IMG/VR virus record: IMGVR_UViG_3300026522_000023
Span: 61,781-125,780 of that record
From: a virus
Lineage: Duplodnaviria; Caudoviricetes
DNA: 64,000 nt
Reading direction: 5' to 3' (one strand)
The translations under genes and the position numbers were made by a program. Under the pieces are notes generated by a model, which saw nothing but the letters and a program-made list of their open reading frames with translations, was not told the DNA's origin and made no database searches. Below are positions 15,901-27,064 of the stretch, one piece after another. The first letter of the stretch is position 1. Each line of letters begins with the position of its first letter.

Positions 15901-16203
15901 TAACTAATTCTAATATTTTTCAAGAGTCATTCCACTCTTTTTTAAGCTATCTGAAAACTTTGATAAATCTAATTTACCTGTGTCAGTATTAACTGCGGCT
16001 TCTAGTTGTACCTTTAACTAAGCAGCAGAAGCAGTAGCTGATTGTAAATCTTTATCAATTCCAAAATTTTTTGTCTTTAAAGAAGTTGAAGTAACTAAAT
16101 TCTATAATTCTTGACTTAAAGATTGAATATTCTATTTTGCTGAATCAGTATCAGCAGTAAAAGCAAGATTAACTGTATATTCTTTATTCAAACCTTTTGC
16201 CAT
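6967..16203 (-). CDS. Tape measure protein, about 3078 aa (TAG=Gln)
   Basis: Six track fragments (15547, 14671, 10876, 8968, 8404, 7309) are in frame with ATG 16203 and TAA 6967. Ala/Lys/Glu-rich helical sequence with a TMP-like core (LNNIRIVS...AEKANKAAKALSATT..., IGTALKTLFSRIQ). Confidence 0.9.
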
Positions 16204-16256
16204 TGATATAACTCCTTTCTCTCTTGTCGTTTTTATTTTACGTAAAACAAAAAAAA

Positions 16257-16288
16257 TCGCCTGAGAATAATCATATATTCTCAGGCGA
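16257..16288 (-). terminator. Intrinsic terminator between the putative chaperone and TMP genes
   Basis: tcgcctgagaata / tattctcaggcga stem with a U-tract on the minus strand. Confidence 0.65.
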
Positions 16289-16333
16289 CTATTCCTATTT
16301 AATTTTAAAATAAAAATAAATATATTAACTTAA

Positions 16334-16867
16334 TTAACCCAATTTCTCAACAACGTTCTTCAATAAAGTAAGATTCTCTGGATCAGCTAATTTCTTTTGA
16401 ATTTCAGTAGCATCAAGATTCAAATTACTATAATCACGTCCAATAGAATCAAGAATACCAAGCGCGGAATTGCGATAAGTATAAATCGCGGTTGCCAATT
16501 CATGAGTCACTTTTGTTAAATAATAAAATTCGCTTTCAGGAACTAAGCCAATAATTAAGTTAAGTAATTTATTGCTGCTTAATAAATCATATAACTTCAT
16601 TGGATCTGACTTCTGCTTTTCTGTAAAACTAATATTAGAATAAGCATAGACAATCTCTAAAGCAAGCCACATATCTAGCTTAAGGTTATTATAATATCCA
16701 GCATCATCATCAACTGAATTATTTAATACTCTTGAAATTAATTCTGCTTTTTCCGCAATTGGAAGATATTGCTTTACTTCAACTGTTTGGTCATTAAATT
16801 CTACAGTTTGAAATTCATCTAATTTGTCTTTAGTTAAACCTAATTTTGAAAATGCTATCTTTGCCAT
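16334..16867 (-). CDS. Hypothetical protein, possible tail assembly chaperone (TAG-free)
   Basis: Intact 177-aa ORF with GGAGG RBS, immediately upstream of the TMP gene. Confidence 0.55.
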   Translation of the reverse strand: MAKIAFSKLGLTKDKLDEFQTVEFNDQTVEVKQYLPIAEKAELISRVLNNSVDDDAGYYNNLKLDMWLALEIVYAYSNISFTEKQKSDPMKLYDLLSSNKLLNLIIGLVPESEFYYLTKVTHELATAIYTYRNSALGILDSIGRDYSNLNLDATEIQKKLADPENLTLLKNVVEKLG

Positions 16868-16896
16868 AACATATTCCTCCTTTTACTCTTTATATA

Positions 16897-16925
16897 ATTA
16901 TACAAAAATTTTTATAATTCGTCAA
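16897..16925 (-). promoter_or_regulatory. Sigma70/sigmaA-type promoter
   Basis: TTGACG-17-TATAAT on the minus strand, directly upstream of the 16867 start. Confidence 0.7.
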
Positions 16926-16928
16926 ATT

Positions 16929-18149
16929 TTATTGAACCTATCTAAATCTATACTATCTAGATAACGTAAGCATATTTAAAGCCATAGAATTAATCGCAGG
17001 AAAAAACTTTAACATCTATTTATTTACTTCCATCCATCGTGAAGCTGTAGTAAATCCTAACTCTGTATAATATAACTAGTTTTTTGCTAAATTAGTTTTA
17101 CCAATAGATTTAGATAAATAATAATTAGCAATTGCATTTAACTATTTTGAATCCTAATCTCTATCTAATTTAAAATACTTATAAGAATCCTACTGTGTAT
17201 ATAATCTCCATAATCCAAAATCTGAAAAACCACATTCTTCTAAAGTGATAGCATTACGTGCTGCTCTTGTTAAAATAGGCTATCCATTCATACCAGATTT
17301 AACCTATGTATTTAAGATCGAGGCTTGCTATAATGCACCATATAATTCATCAGATAATGTAATCGTATAATTAGCATTTAATTTTTCAATCTGTTTAAAA
17401 AAGTCATTTAAACTACCCGCAGAAGCTGTGCTGATACTTGAATCTATTTTATTTTTAATTTTATAATTTAAACTTCCACCGGTGAAAGGGATATTTACAC
17501 TATCTTTACTAAATGCCATAACGTCTTCAATTAACTACTAACCCATTTTATCAACAAAATTACCAGTTCGAATAGCTTTCCATCCTTCGTTTTTATTTAA
17601 AGCATCAGTAGCTAGTGCTTCAGCATAATCTGCCTTAACTTGCTAATATTCTTTCATTTTTCCTTTAACTTTACGATTAGCAAATACATCTTCTAATTGC
17701 TAAACTATTGCTTGGTCAATACCTTCTCCAGGCTTAATTTTCTAAAGGATTGACTAAACTTCTATCATAATATTATCAATATTCTAATTTATTTTTTCTT
17801 TATCACTTATCCAATTTCTATCACTATCACGAAAAGGATTTAATTCAGAAGAAATAAAAGCAGAATTCATTAATTGTAGTATTCTACTATATATAGATTC
17901 TCCAATCTATTTATCCATTTCCTATTCTTCTAATTGTAACAACTAACTAGACAATTTAATAAATTCACTAGCTGCATTATATTGCTTATCAGCAGACTAT
18001 TCTAAATTTTTTAAATGAACTAACTATAATCTAAATAATACTGAATCACTTAAATTCGCTTGATCCCACTAATTTAAATAAGCATATTTTCCCCAAAAAC
18101 TATGCTATCTACCATTTTGCTTAATTAAACCTCTATATAAATCAGACAT
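16929..18149 (-). CDS. Hypothetical virion-module protein, about 406 aa, TAG-rich
   Basis: ATG 18149 with AGGAG RBS (MSDLYRGLIKQNGR*HSFWG...); in frame with track ORF 17328-17519; TAA at 16929. Confidence 0.65.
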
Positions 18150-18183
18150 ATATTTCTCCTTTTTCTCAGTATAATAAAATAAA

Positions 18184-18206
18184 GGGAGAGGAATAAATCC
18201 TCTCCC
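18184..18206 (-). terminator. Intrinsic terminator after the major tail operon
   Basis: gggagagga / tcctctccc stem followed by a U-rich tract on the minus strand. Confidence 0.7.
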
Positions 18207-18215
18207 CTATATTAT

Positions 18216-18395
18216 TTACTTGTTTTCTTTATCAAGTTTAGATAAAAGTTCATCTAGTTCGTTCTTTTCTTCAACTACTGTTGTTTCTTTCGGAACTTCT
18301 TTGATTACCCTTTTTTCTGCTTTCTTAATTACTTCAGGTTTCTTTTCAACACTGGGTTCAGACTTTACAACCCAATGTTTACCTTTAATAATCAT
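18216..18395 (-). CDS. Small Lys/Glu-rich hypothetical protein, 59 aa
   Basis: ATG just after the major tail stop; MIIKGKHWVVKSEPSVEKKPE...; fills the gap up to the terminator. Confidence 0.5.
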   Translation of the reverse strand: MIIKGKHWVVKSEPSVEKKPEVIKKAEKRVIKEVPKETTVVEEKNELDELLSKLDKENK

Positions 18396-18398
18396 AAA

Positions 18399-19397
18399 TT
18401 AATCAGTGAAACGAGCGTTGTGACTGGCATCATGAACAGTCTGAGTTCTATGAATGTCACTAGCGCCGCCTTCCTCAATAATCTGAATAGCAGCAAGAAC
18501 TTTCTTACTGTGGTCGAAACGAGTATAATCAGGGAATGCGTCCATAGTAAATGTGAAAGTAGAAGGATCGCCAGAAGAAGCCATTGTGAAAGTAAAGTTA
18601 GACTGAATCTTGCAGTTAGGAATTATAAATTCAGCAGGCATATCAACACCATTTTGATCACGGAATAAGGTAGAAGCTTCAAGATAATAGTTACCACCGA
18701 ATTTATCAGCAGTAATTTCAATCTGTTGAGCGCCACTAGCTTTTTCAGTATAATAATCAACAATAGCACTATCATATTCTGCAGCTGCTGGAAGACCATT
18801 ATGTTCATCAAAAGTATAATTACCTGTACCAGCAACATAATCATCATGTGGAGTTTTAACAACTAAATCAAAATATTCATTGCCATTAGTATCCTTTTTA
18901 GCAGTTAACTCCTCATGGACAGGAATAAAAGGTTCAGAAATAATTTCGCCATCTTTGACAAACATAACATAAGCGAAATTCTCTTGATTACCAGTTGGAA
19001 GATAAGGCTTTTTAGAGACACGAATAGTAACTTGTCCTTCAGCAGTTGTACTATCAATTTGTGCCTTATCTACAGTTTCAGTGATATGCTGTTTAATAGT
19101 ACTATCAGCACTTGCTTCAATTAAACCGGCACCAGAAAGAATCATAAAACCTTCTGGAGAAATAAGAGCATCTTCCATTGTGAAAGTAACAGTTCTTTCA
19201 CCTTCCCAAGCTACTAAACGAGCATTACCACGGCCACCTTGAGCATATACAGTGGTAGCTGCGCCTTCCATGCTAGAAGTCTTTAATGTATCGAAATAGA
19301 TAACTGGTTCATTCTTATAGAAGATTTTATTACCGATCTTTTGAGCTGCTTTAGCCTTCAAAACAACATCGCAAATCTCACGAACACCAAATTTCAT
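18399..19397 (-). CDS. Major tail (tube) protein (TAG-free)
   Basis: 332 aa; GGRGN...WEGER.V.F.MEDA and IPNCKIQSNFTFTMASSGDPSTFTFTMD motifs; lies between the neck genes and TMP. Confidence 0.8.
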   Translation of the reverse strand: MKFGVREICDVVLKAKAAQKIGNKIFYKNEPVIYFDTLKTSSMEGAATTVYAQGGRGNARLVAWEGERTVTFTMEDALISPEGFMILSGAGLIEASADSTIKQHITETVDKAQIDSTTAEGQVTIRVSKKPYLPTGNQENFAYVMFVKDGEIISEPFIPVHEELTAKKDTNGNEYFDLVVKTPHDDYVAGTGNYTFDEHNGLPAAAEYDSAIVDYYTEKASGAQQIEITADKFGGNYYLEASTLFRDQNGVDMPAEFIIPNCKIQSNFTFTMASSGDPSTFTFTMDAFPDYTRFDHSKKVLAAIQIIEEGGASDIHRTQTVHDASHNARFTD

Positions 19398-19420
19398 AGG
19401 TTATTTTCCTCCTTATAAAT

Positions 19421-20152
19421 TTAATGGATATTTTTCATCCAATTCTCCGGCTTGTTATCTGACTTAGCGCCAGCCAACCTAGACCGGATATCAATATCCC
19501 AATTAATATAAAGCTAATATCTCTCAACAAGGTCAAAAAGTTGGAACATTGTTAAATCCATTAAATCCTGTAGAGACATAGAGTTCAAACCTACAGTAAG
19601 CATTGAAAGATACTAACTAAATATACTAGCATTAGCGTTACCATTTAATTCAGCAACGCGCTAGCGCCCGCGCATTAATTTATCAGCAATTTTTTTAGCT
19701 GTCTCATTAGCAGGATTAAATCCTAATTCTTGCGAAGCGCTAGATTTAGCACAAAAGATTTCTCTAGTAAGAGATTGTAATATCTCAAAACTACTTTCAT
19801 CAATCATGCTTGTATTATCTTCTCCCTAAAGCATAATACTTCTAGGAGTAAATAATATTTTTTTATTTGGAAATAATAATGTAAGAAATTGACGAGTAGC
19901 ATATTTTTTATCTGCCATTTCTTTTTCCTACATCATTGTCATAAATATCTAAAAATTACTTGTATTTCTTAAAAGACTTTCGCCCTCGTTTATATGTAAA
20001 TTATCTTTGTTAATACAAAAACACTACATTCCTATAAAAAAGTCTTGTTCTCCAACATAAGCAATTTCACGGATTTTAGGCTAATGAATAATTGATTGTA
20101 TTTCAGGAACTGGGATATCAGTTCCGCACATAAGCGCCAATCGTATATCCAT
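19421..20152 (-). CDS. Conserved virion-module protein, 243 aa (TAG=Gln)
   Basis: TAATG-coupled start, MDIRLALMCGTDIPVPE...H*PKIREIA...; open to TAA 19421 only when TAG is read through. Confidence 0.7.
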
Positions 20153-20736
20153 TATTTATTGTACATTTCCTTAAAATCTTTTAAGAATTTTTCATCATCT
20201 ATTGGATTAGGCATTTTTTTCTTATCTTCTTCGCCATGAATTGCTCTATAACTTAAGCATAAACCAGCATAATCATCTGTTAAAAGAATCTAATTAGCAC
20301 CTTCGAATTCTAATTTTCCAATACCTGTTAAATGAGTCTTGTCTAACATACTATCTAATTCTGCCGCAATACGATAAGGTCTTAACTAAAAATCTTTTAA
20401 AGGCCACTAATCGAAATGACAAACTATATCAATTTCTAATACATTATCTCTAAATTCTGGATTTGTATTATTCTAAGAAAAATCATCAAAAGAAATAATT
20501 AAATAATTTCGTACTGCACCATCAATAGTTAATTTTGGAATTATTCTTATATTTTTTTTAAATAATTCATACATCTAATCGTCAGTTAAATTTGGTCTAT
20601 CAATTGCATCAGGACTAGTATAATATAATAACCGTTTTAAACGCTCATTTTCACAAATTTTATTAACTATAATGCCCATATCTTTTTCCATAGACAGAAA
20701 ACTTGACTTTGGTAATTTTACTCCATCAATTTTCAT
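20152..20736 (-). CDS. Putative tail terminator/completion protein, 194 aa (TAG=Gln)
   Basis: AGGAG RBS; ...LKRLLYY...IDIVCHFD*W...LRPYRIAAELD...GIGKLEF; neck-region position. Confidence 0.6.
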
Positions 20737-20751
20737 ACACCTTTATCTCCT

Positions 20752-21816
20752 TTAAAACAATGATTCAACTATAATAGTTTTTTTATAATTGCCATAAGTT
20801 AAATCAAATTGCCCGCTAAATCCTGCGTCCCAATATATTGTAATTTCACGAGGGTCAAAGTCATCTATTTTATATTTAACAGGAAAGCGTTTATCTATAC
20901 TCCATTTTCCAGCCTCCCAACCAGCAAAATTGTATTTATATTCTTTTTTAGGATGAATAAAAGTTTCTCCCTAAATTTCATATAAATCAGATTTTTCATT
21001 TGGGTCTATAGGTTTAGTAATTAATGCTCCAACAATACCTTTTTCTAAATCATCTTCAATTTCATTAGCATAATATTCTGTAGCATTAACTTCTAATACT
21101 CCTGGCATACTGATAGAATCTATTGCTTCAACTCGCCAACATATTCTATCAGCCCCTTCTGTAGGTGGAGAAAGATAAAATCTACTATAACGTTTAAAAT
21201 ACTTCAAAGTTTCTACTGTTTTAGGCATCAATATATTTAAACTATAATTAGGTTTATCTATGCTAGTACCATGTTTTTGAATATAATCAATTTTAGTTTC
21301 AACAGGACCACGAATAGCCGCATAAGTACTTTGCTCATTACCTTCTTCATCTTGCCAATTAATTTCAAAAGAACATTTACGTATATCTCCTCTAAAATAT
21401 GCAAGTTCAGTTAAATCTTGTAAATAAATAAGCCAATAAGTATGAGTACCACGCCACTCAAATACATCCCCTGGTTTAAAATTATATTCATATCCAACAG
21501 AAAGAATCTTATCATCATAATCTTGCTTTAATTTATTGGGATTTATTAAAGCACGTATAGGTTTTTTTAATGTTGCTTTTAGTTTTATAATCTCAGCAGC
21601 CTAATATGAATTCCATACTGCCTAATCTAAACTTCTGCGCTTAGACATTATCATACGTTCTTGCTGGAGATTACCACCCATCTAACGCAATCTTGTCGCA
21701 GTATCATTCACGCCTTCAACAGAGTTACCTTCATACGGACGCTTATCATATGTACCCAGTCGTCCCTATATCAATCTAAATGGATGCTAACTACTATAAT
21801 CATATCCTGATGCCAT
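20752..21816 (-). CDS. Putative head closure/neck protein, 354 aa (TAG=Gln)
   Basis: In frame with track ORF 20971-21231; FKPGDVFEW..TYWLIY...YFRGDIRKC; neck-region position. Confidence 0.6.
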
Positions 21817-22108
21817 GATTTATTTCCTATAATAAATTAATAGCTTCAAAAACAGTTTTACGATAGAAATTAAATTCTGTCTCCTGATTATCTAAGCCTT
21901 CAAGTTTTCCTAAAAGCTATAAGAAAAGGGGTTCAGTACTAAAAATTACACTGAACCCCACGATTTCATTTATGACAGTTTCTAGCTATTTTTGCCAATC
22001 TTCATCATGTTCACGCATTGGAATTAATTTCCATAGTTGGTTGGTTAAGCGTAAACAATTTTTTTCAACACTCTCTTTTGGAATATTAATACCATAACTT
22101 GTTTTCAT
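21800..22108 (-). CDS. Hypothetical neck-region protein, 102 aa (TAG=Gln)
   Basis: MKTSYGINIPKE...LTNQLWKLIPMRE...FYRKTVFEAINLL; overlaps both neighbours; ends at TGA. Confidence 0.6.
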
Positions 22109-22667
22109 CAGGTTTAAACATATCCCATGTAGATTCATATTCGCCTTTATCATTTAAACGTCTACGTTTATAAAGACGTTGTAGATGATGAGACTATCTT
22201 TGACAGTCAGATAATAAATTTAATAGTTTAGACAAATGATTTGCCTATGAAGTAAATTTAAAATCTGAACCACTATATTTCATTCGAGTGTTTTCAATAG
22301 AAGTGACTTGACGTTGTACCCAACCGCACATCATCAAAATAGCTAAAATATTAATTTCTTCTTCCGTTAAATCACATCCAAAAGTAGAACGATCTACTAG
22401 GACTTGAGGTTTTTCGCCCAGTTCTGGAATAGTTCCCCATAAAGTACCTACAATAAAATCATTTGAGGTTGTACTGTCTTCATCAACAGTATCAACTTGA
22501 ATTGTATAATCATATAGATTTTTACGCGGAAATTCAAATCCCGGTATAGCATCTATAATCAAATTCTATAAATCTTTTAAAGTATCCTGTGGCGTTAATT
22601 CCAGATACATATCATCAGTAACTTTTCCTAGAAAGCGATTATATACAGTAGAGAATAGTGTTCCCAT
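22086..22667 (-). CDS. Putative head-tail adaptor, 193 aa (TAG=Gln)
   Basis: MGTLFSTVYNRFLGKVTDD...LTEEEINILA...DFKFTS*ANHLSKL; contains track ORF 22245-22562. Confidence 0.65.
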
Positions 22668-22687
22668 TTAATCGCTCCCTTCTTTTA

Positions 22688-23281
22688 TTACTTAGAAGTT
22701 TCCGCGGTTTTATTAATTACCTTATAGTTATTGCCTGTAGTGCGGCGGCCTTGAGGAGCTTCTTCCTGAACAACTCTTCTCTTATTAGGACTTACATCTT
22801 CTAGGATATTAGAAGGTTCATTGCTCTCTTTACTAGCTTTATCATTGGCAATAGCTTTATCTACATCAAATCCAGTCTTTTTCAAAAGCGCTTCACGCTT
22901 TTTGAAATCTGTAATAGGAAGAGATACAGAAAGACTCTTAATTAAATCAATAACTCCAATTGGAGCAAAATCAAGAGCATCCAAGAAAGCATCAAGTGAA
23001 CCATTTAAGATTAAATCGCGGACTTGAGCTTCTGACATATTATATTCAGGCTCTCTGTGAATATTTAAATCCTGAGTAACCTCTTCTTCCATAATCTGTA
23101 AAAAATTAGCAATTAACTCACGGCCACCGGGCTGATAAGTTAACTTCTCTAACTCACTAAAAGGAATTCTTTTAGTTTCACCAGGGGCAAATGTTCTACG
23201 CAAATTACTTTCTGGAATTGAATAGACAACAACACTAGAACTTCTATTCTTAACATTATACATATCAGTTTGATTAATCAT
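22688..23281 (-). CDS. Hypothetical head-associated protein (TAG-free)
   Basis: Intact 197-aa ORF with AGGAG RBS, directly after the MCP gene. Confidence 0.65.
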   Translation of the reverse strand: MINQTDMYNVKNRSSSVVVYSIPESNLRRTFAPGETKRIPFSELEKLTYQPGGRELIANFLQIMEEEVTQDLNIHREPEYNMSEAQVRDLILNGSLDAFLDALDFAPIGVIDLIKSLSVSLPITDFKKREALLKKTGFDVDKAIANDKASKESNEPSNILEDVSPNKRRVVQEEAPQGRRTTGNNYKVINKTAETSK

Positions 23282-23313
23282 TTTTTTATCTCCTTTATCT
23301 CTTAAAAAAAATA

Positions 23314-23345
23314 ATGGGGAGAGGGAGCTATTTCCCTCTCCCCAT
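23314..23345 (-). terminator. Intrinsic terminator after the MCP gene
   Basis: atggggagaggga / tccctctccccat stem followed by a poly-U tract on the minus strand. Confidence 0.8.
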
Positions 23346-23372
23346 TAGGTAAATTTATATATTAATTATAAA

Positions 23373-24479
23373 TTAGATTGTACCATCTAATCTACCATCA
23401 TAGGTAACGACCTTACCAGTGACACCATCATAATTCCAAGTAGCCATCTGACCAACAAGTGAAGTATCGCAGTAAGCGCAAATATTGTTAGCAAGCATGC
23501 AAACAACGCCGACTTTCTTATAAACCTGAATTTCACGAGAACGATCATAACCATGGAATTCATCAACAATGGTATTGCCCTCGAAAGCAATCTTAACAGG
23601 CTTACCATCAGCACCAGTAGGAATAACCCAAGCATAACCAGGATCAATTACCTTACGGCTATTGGTTTCATCTTCGAAGCCCTGCTCAAGAATAATAACC
23701 TGAGTTCCCTTATAAGTAGGAAGACGACCAGTATTCCAAAGCTCAGTCTTCATAGCCTCAGTGTATCTCCAAGCTTCCTGTGGGATCATCTTAACAGCAA
23801 ACTCATAAGTACAATAAATAGTAGGAGTACCATAAGCACGAGCAATAGTAATTAACTTATCCATAGCAGCTTCATCGAAACCAGCAACAGCAACGCGGTT
23901 GGCAGGTGGTAACTGATTGATAGAAGAAACAAGAGCACGAGCAACTTCTTTGTAAATAAGTTCATCCATGCCTTCCATAATGATCTTAGTCATTTCAGCG
24001 AAATCAACACGACCATCAAGGAATTCTTCGAAACCGATTTGAGCGGCTCCGCCGATAGCAGATGTACGAACTTCGAAGCATTCGTTCTCAGCAGGTCCAA
24101 GCTTAAATACTTCATAAATGCCACCAAGACCGACACGAGTTACGAACTGCTTTGCGCGAGCACGAGTCTGTAATGGACGACGGAAAATTGGCTTATCGCC
24201 CTGAGCAAAGGTCTTAACTTCAGCAAACTGATCATATTGCTGAATAACTTTCTTTGGAAGAACTTCATCAAGAGTTTCTTCAATCATAGAGAAAATCTGA
24301 TTCTTATTATCACGATAAAGTGAATAAGTACCAGCTAATTCATTCATTTCTGCGCGAAGAGTGTCATTCAAAGCCTCATAACTTAAATTCTGACCACCAA
24401 AACTATAAGCAGTAGGAGCAGAAGGATCAGCTTTAGCAACAGTCTTCATTAAAGCGACTAAATTTTTTCTATCTAACAT
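23373..24479 (-). CDS. Major capsid protein (TAG-free)
   Basis: 368 aa; follows the protease/scaffold and decoration genes and precedes a strong terminator; codon usage typical of a highly expressed gene. Confidence 0.8.
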   Translation of the reverse strand: MLDRKNLVALMKTVAKADPSAPTAYSFGGQNLSYEALNDTLRAEMNELAGTYSLYRDNKNQIFSMIEETLDEVLPKKVIQQYDQFAEVKTFAQGDKPIFRRPLQTRARAKQFVTRVGLGGIYEVFKLGPAENECFEVRTSAIGGAAQIGFEEFLDGRVDFAEMTKIIMEGMDELIYKEVARALVSSINQLPPANRVAVAGFDEAAMDKLITIARAYGTPTIYCTYEFAVKMIPQEAWRYTEAMKTELWNTGRLPTYKGTQVIILEQGFEDETNSRKVIDPGYAWVIPTGADGKPVKIAFEGNTIVDEFHGYDRSREIQVYKKVGVVCMLANNICAYCDTSLVGQMATWNYDGVTGKVVTYDGRLDGTI

Positions 24480-24496
24480 TGTTCTTCTCTCCTTTC

Positions 24497-25408
24497 TTAC
24501 TTAATACGCATAATCTTAGCGCCTTTTTGTCCATCAGGCATGGTATAAAGCTTAACAACCTGCCAACTCATAGTAGCGTCGCCAGTCTTACTTAAAATAC
24601 CAGTAGCATCAGGAGAAAGGATATCGCCAATCTCTAAGGTTTCTTCATTAATCATATTGGTAGTATAAATATCACCAACATTAGTCTTGAAAACACGAGG
24701 AACCATAGCAGTACCTGGATTCATGCGCTTTTCACGATAAATACCTAACTTATGATATGGATCATTAGTCCAATTCATTTCATAGATATCGCGAACATTA
24801 GTAGTAACATCATCAAAAGTACGAACAAAGTCAATAGTTACTTTACCATCAACAAGAGTATATTCAGTACCATTATAAGTAAATTTATTATCAGTAACGT
24901 CATAATCCTGACCATCAATAGTAACAGTCTTGCCATCACGATTGATATCAACATTCATCTTCCAAGTGTAAGAACTCTTACCATTAGCATCAACGCCATT
25001 GAGCCACTTGGTCTGATATTCCTGCTCAGGATGTTCCCAATCTAATGGGCTATATACACGAGCCTGATAATCATCCTTTAACATTGCGAATTCGCAATCC
25101 CACTGCTTTGTACCATCAAGATGGTTACGATATAACTTAATTTCATTATATACTAACATCCACTCGCCAGCGCCAGTGAAATTAACTTCGCCAATGCCAT
25201 TGCCATTAGCAGCATAATCATACTTTACATATTGACCGTTTTCAAGAATCTCAATCTCTGGGTTAGCAGGCAACTGAGCATAAATTTGAGCGGTTCTCTG
25301 TGCTGACAGGTGATTAGGTTCGACCTGACCGTAACCACACTCAACATACTTAGCCTGAGACTTGTGATACTTTGGGTCCATATTTCGAGTCCAAAAGTCT
25401 TTAAACAT
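24497..25408 (-). CDS. Putative capsid decoration/minor head protein (TAG-free)
   Basis: 303 aa between scaffold and MCP; GYGQVEPNHLS...ILENG...PRVFK...GDIYTTN...MPDGQKG. Confidence 0.6.
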   Translation of the reverse strand: MFKDFWTRNMDPKYHKSQAKYVECGYGQVEPNHLSAQRTAQIYAQLPANPEIEILENGQYVKYDYAANGNGIGEVNFTGAGEWMLVYNEIKLYRNHLDGTKQWDCEFAMLKDDYQARVYSPLDWEHPEQEYQTKWLNGVDANGKSSYTWKMNVDINRDGKTVTIDGQDYDVTDNKFTYNGTEYTLVDGKVTIDFVRTFDDVTTNVRDIYEMNWTNDPYHKLGIYREKRMNPGTAMVPRVFKTNVGDIYTTNMINEETLEIGDILSPDATGILSKTGDATMSWQVVKLYTMPDGQKGAKIMRIK

Positions 25409-25431
25409 TTAGTATGTCCTCCTTATTAAAT

Positions 25432-27054
25432 TTATCTAGCGTTTTCATATTTTAACGCAGCTTTTACCCAAGCCGGAATAGATTCATCATCATCTTCACC
25501 ATTATTTAAATTATAAGTAGTAGGCTTGGTTTCTTTATTTTCGTCAAGGTCGAAACTTACCTTGTTGCGAACGCAAATAACAGAAAGCTTTGCTTCAATA
25601 TCATCAACAGAATACTTATCAATATTATCAATGACATCTTTCTTATCATCATCAGATAACATATAGAATTGAGCAATCATAGCTTCCTTATCTTTCTTCT
25701 CAGAAGCAAGTTTGAACTTTCTTAAAGGTTCAATTTCTTCTATTAAAGAATTCTTTTCTGTTTCTAAAGCGGCATATTTAGATTTTAATTCTTCATATTC
25801 AGTTTTTAGTTCTTGATATTCAGTAACATCTTCTAATGAATATTTTTTCTTCTTTTTCTTATCTTCATCATCTTTGTTACCATCATCGTCAGAGTTATTA
25901 CCCTTACCATCAAGATCATCTTTTTTACCAATTGGCTTTTTATCTTTGCCATCTTCTGGATTATTAGAATCATTATCTTTGCCCTCTGATTTATTATCAG
26001 AATTAGACTTATTATCTTTATTATTTTTGTCCTCTTCTTCTGCCTTTTTTTTAGAAGCATATTCAGTTTCATAAGTCTTTACTGCCTCTAAAGAAAATTG
26101 AGGTTCAGCGGCAGGAATATAAGACTCAGTTACTTCAATTAAAGCATCAGCAGGAACAAAACCATCGGTTTCATTTAAAGAGAAATTTAAACGATAATAC
26201 TTATTATCAGCACGATTCTGTAAGACAGCAAACTTCTGAGAATCCTCTTCACATACACCTTCGATAGCATATACTGAACTATAAGTATTGTCAGCATCAG
26301 GATATTTCTCTAAAATGTAATTCCATAAAGAGTTCCATAAGTTATCGCCAATTTCAACAGCATATCTTGAAAACACTTTGGTTCCTCCTTCTTTAATTAA
26401 TTCTTTTAAATCATTCATCATGGAGAATAGCTTTTGCTTAAAATCTTCATCGAATGTAAGACTAAATTTTGTGATTTGAGAGCCTTCAAAACAAGGTTCA
26501 CATTCTTCTCCCAAAATACAAAGCTTAGAGATTATTGCCTCATTTATAATAAAAAACTTTGGCTTACCATTATCATCTTTTGTCCATGTTGCATTTAAAG
26601 TTTTTTCATCTAATTCCATGGATTGATTATTACCTTGGTCTATAATGCGCTGGCACTCAGGATACTAGCCAGTCCAAATATAACCCTCAGTCATTAGATA
26701 TTCATGCTCTACGCCATCATCATTAAATTTCTAGAACCACGCACGCGCACCTAAATCAACAAAACCATAAGGCTTAGTTGTATCTTGGATTTTAAATTGA
26801 CCATTTGAAATATCAATTACACGATTATGTTCTTCAAAATCTCCAGTAGCATCATTATAATAACCAACAATAGGGCTACCTGGTAAAGAATTAGCCATCT
26901 AACGCGCAACTTCTTTAGTAATAATACTACCATTGCGGTTAGGTGTATCTCCGACATAGCACACTTTAATCTAACACTTAGAAATTAAAGGATTAACAGG
27001 AGTAATATTTATAAACTCACAAGGTGTTTCTAATTTAATACTTGTATGTTTCAT
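25432..27054 (-). CDS. Prohead protease/scaffold fusion, 540 aa (four TAGs, all in the N-terminal part)
   Basis: GGAGG RBS; NRNGSII...LPGSPIVG...EEH...EGYIWTG*Y...QSMEL...LCILG...PCFEGS protease-like part, then an acidic coiled-coil tail; follows the portal gene. Confidence 0.75.
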
Positions 27055-27064
27055 CATGTCCTCC

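Noticed and set aside
16203-16867. Programmed -1 frameshift chaperone pair upstream of TMP
   Set aside because: No second overlapping ORF exists between the gene end and TMP; a terminator lies there instead.
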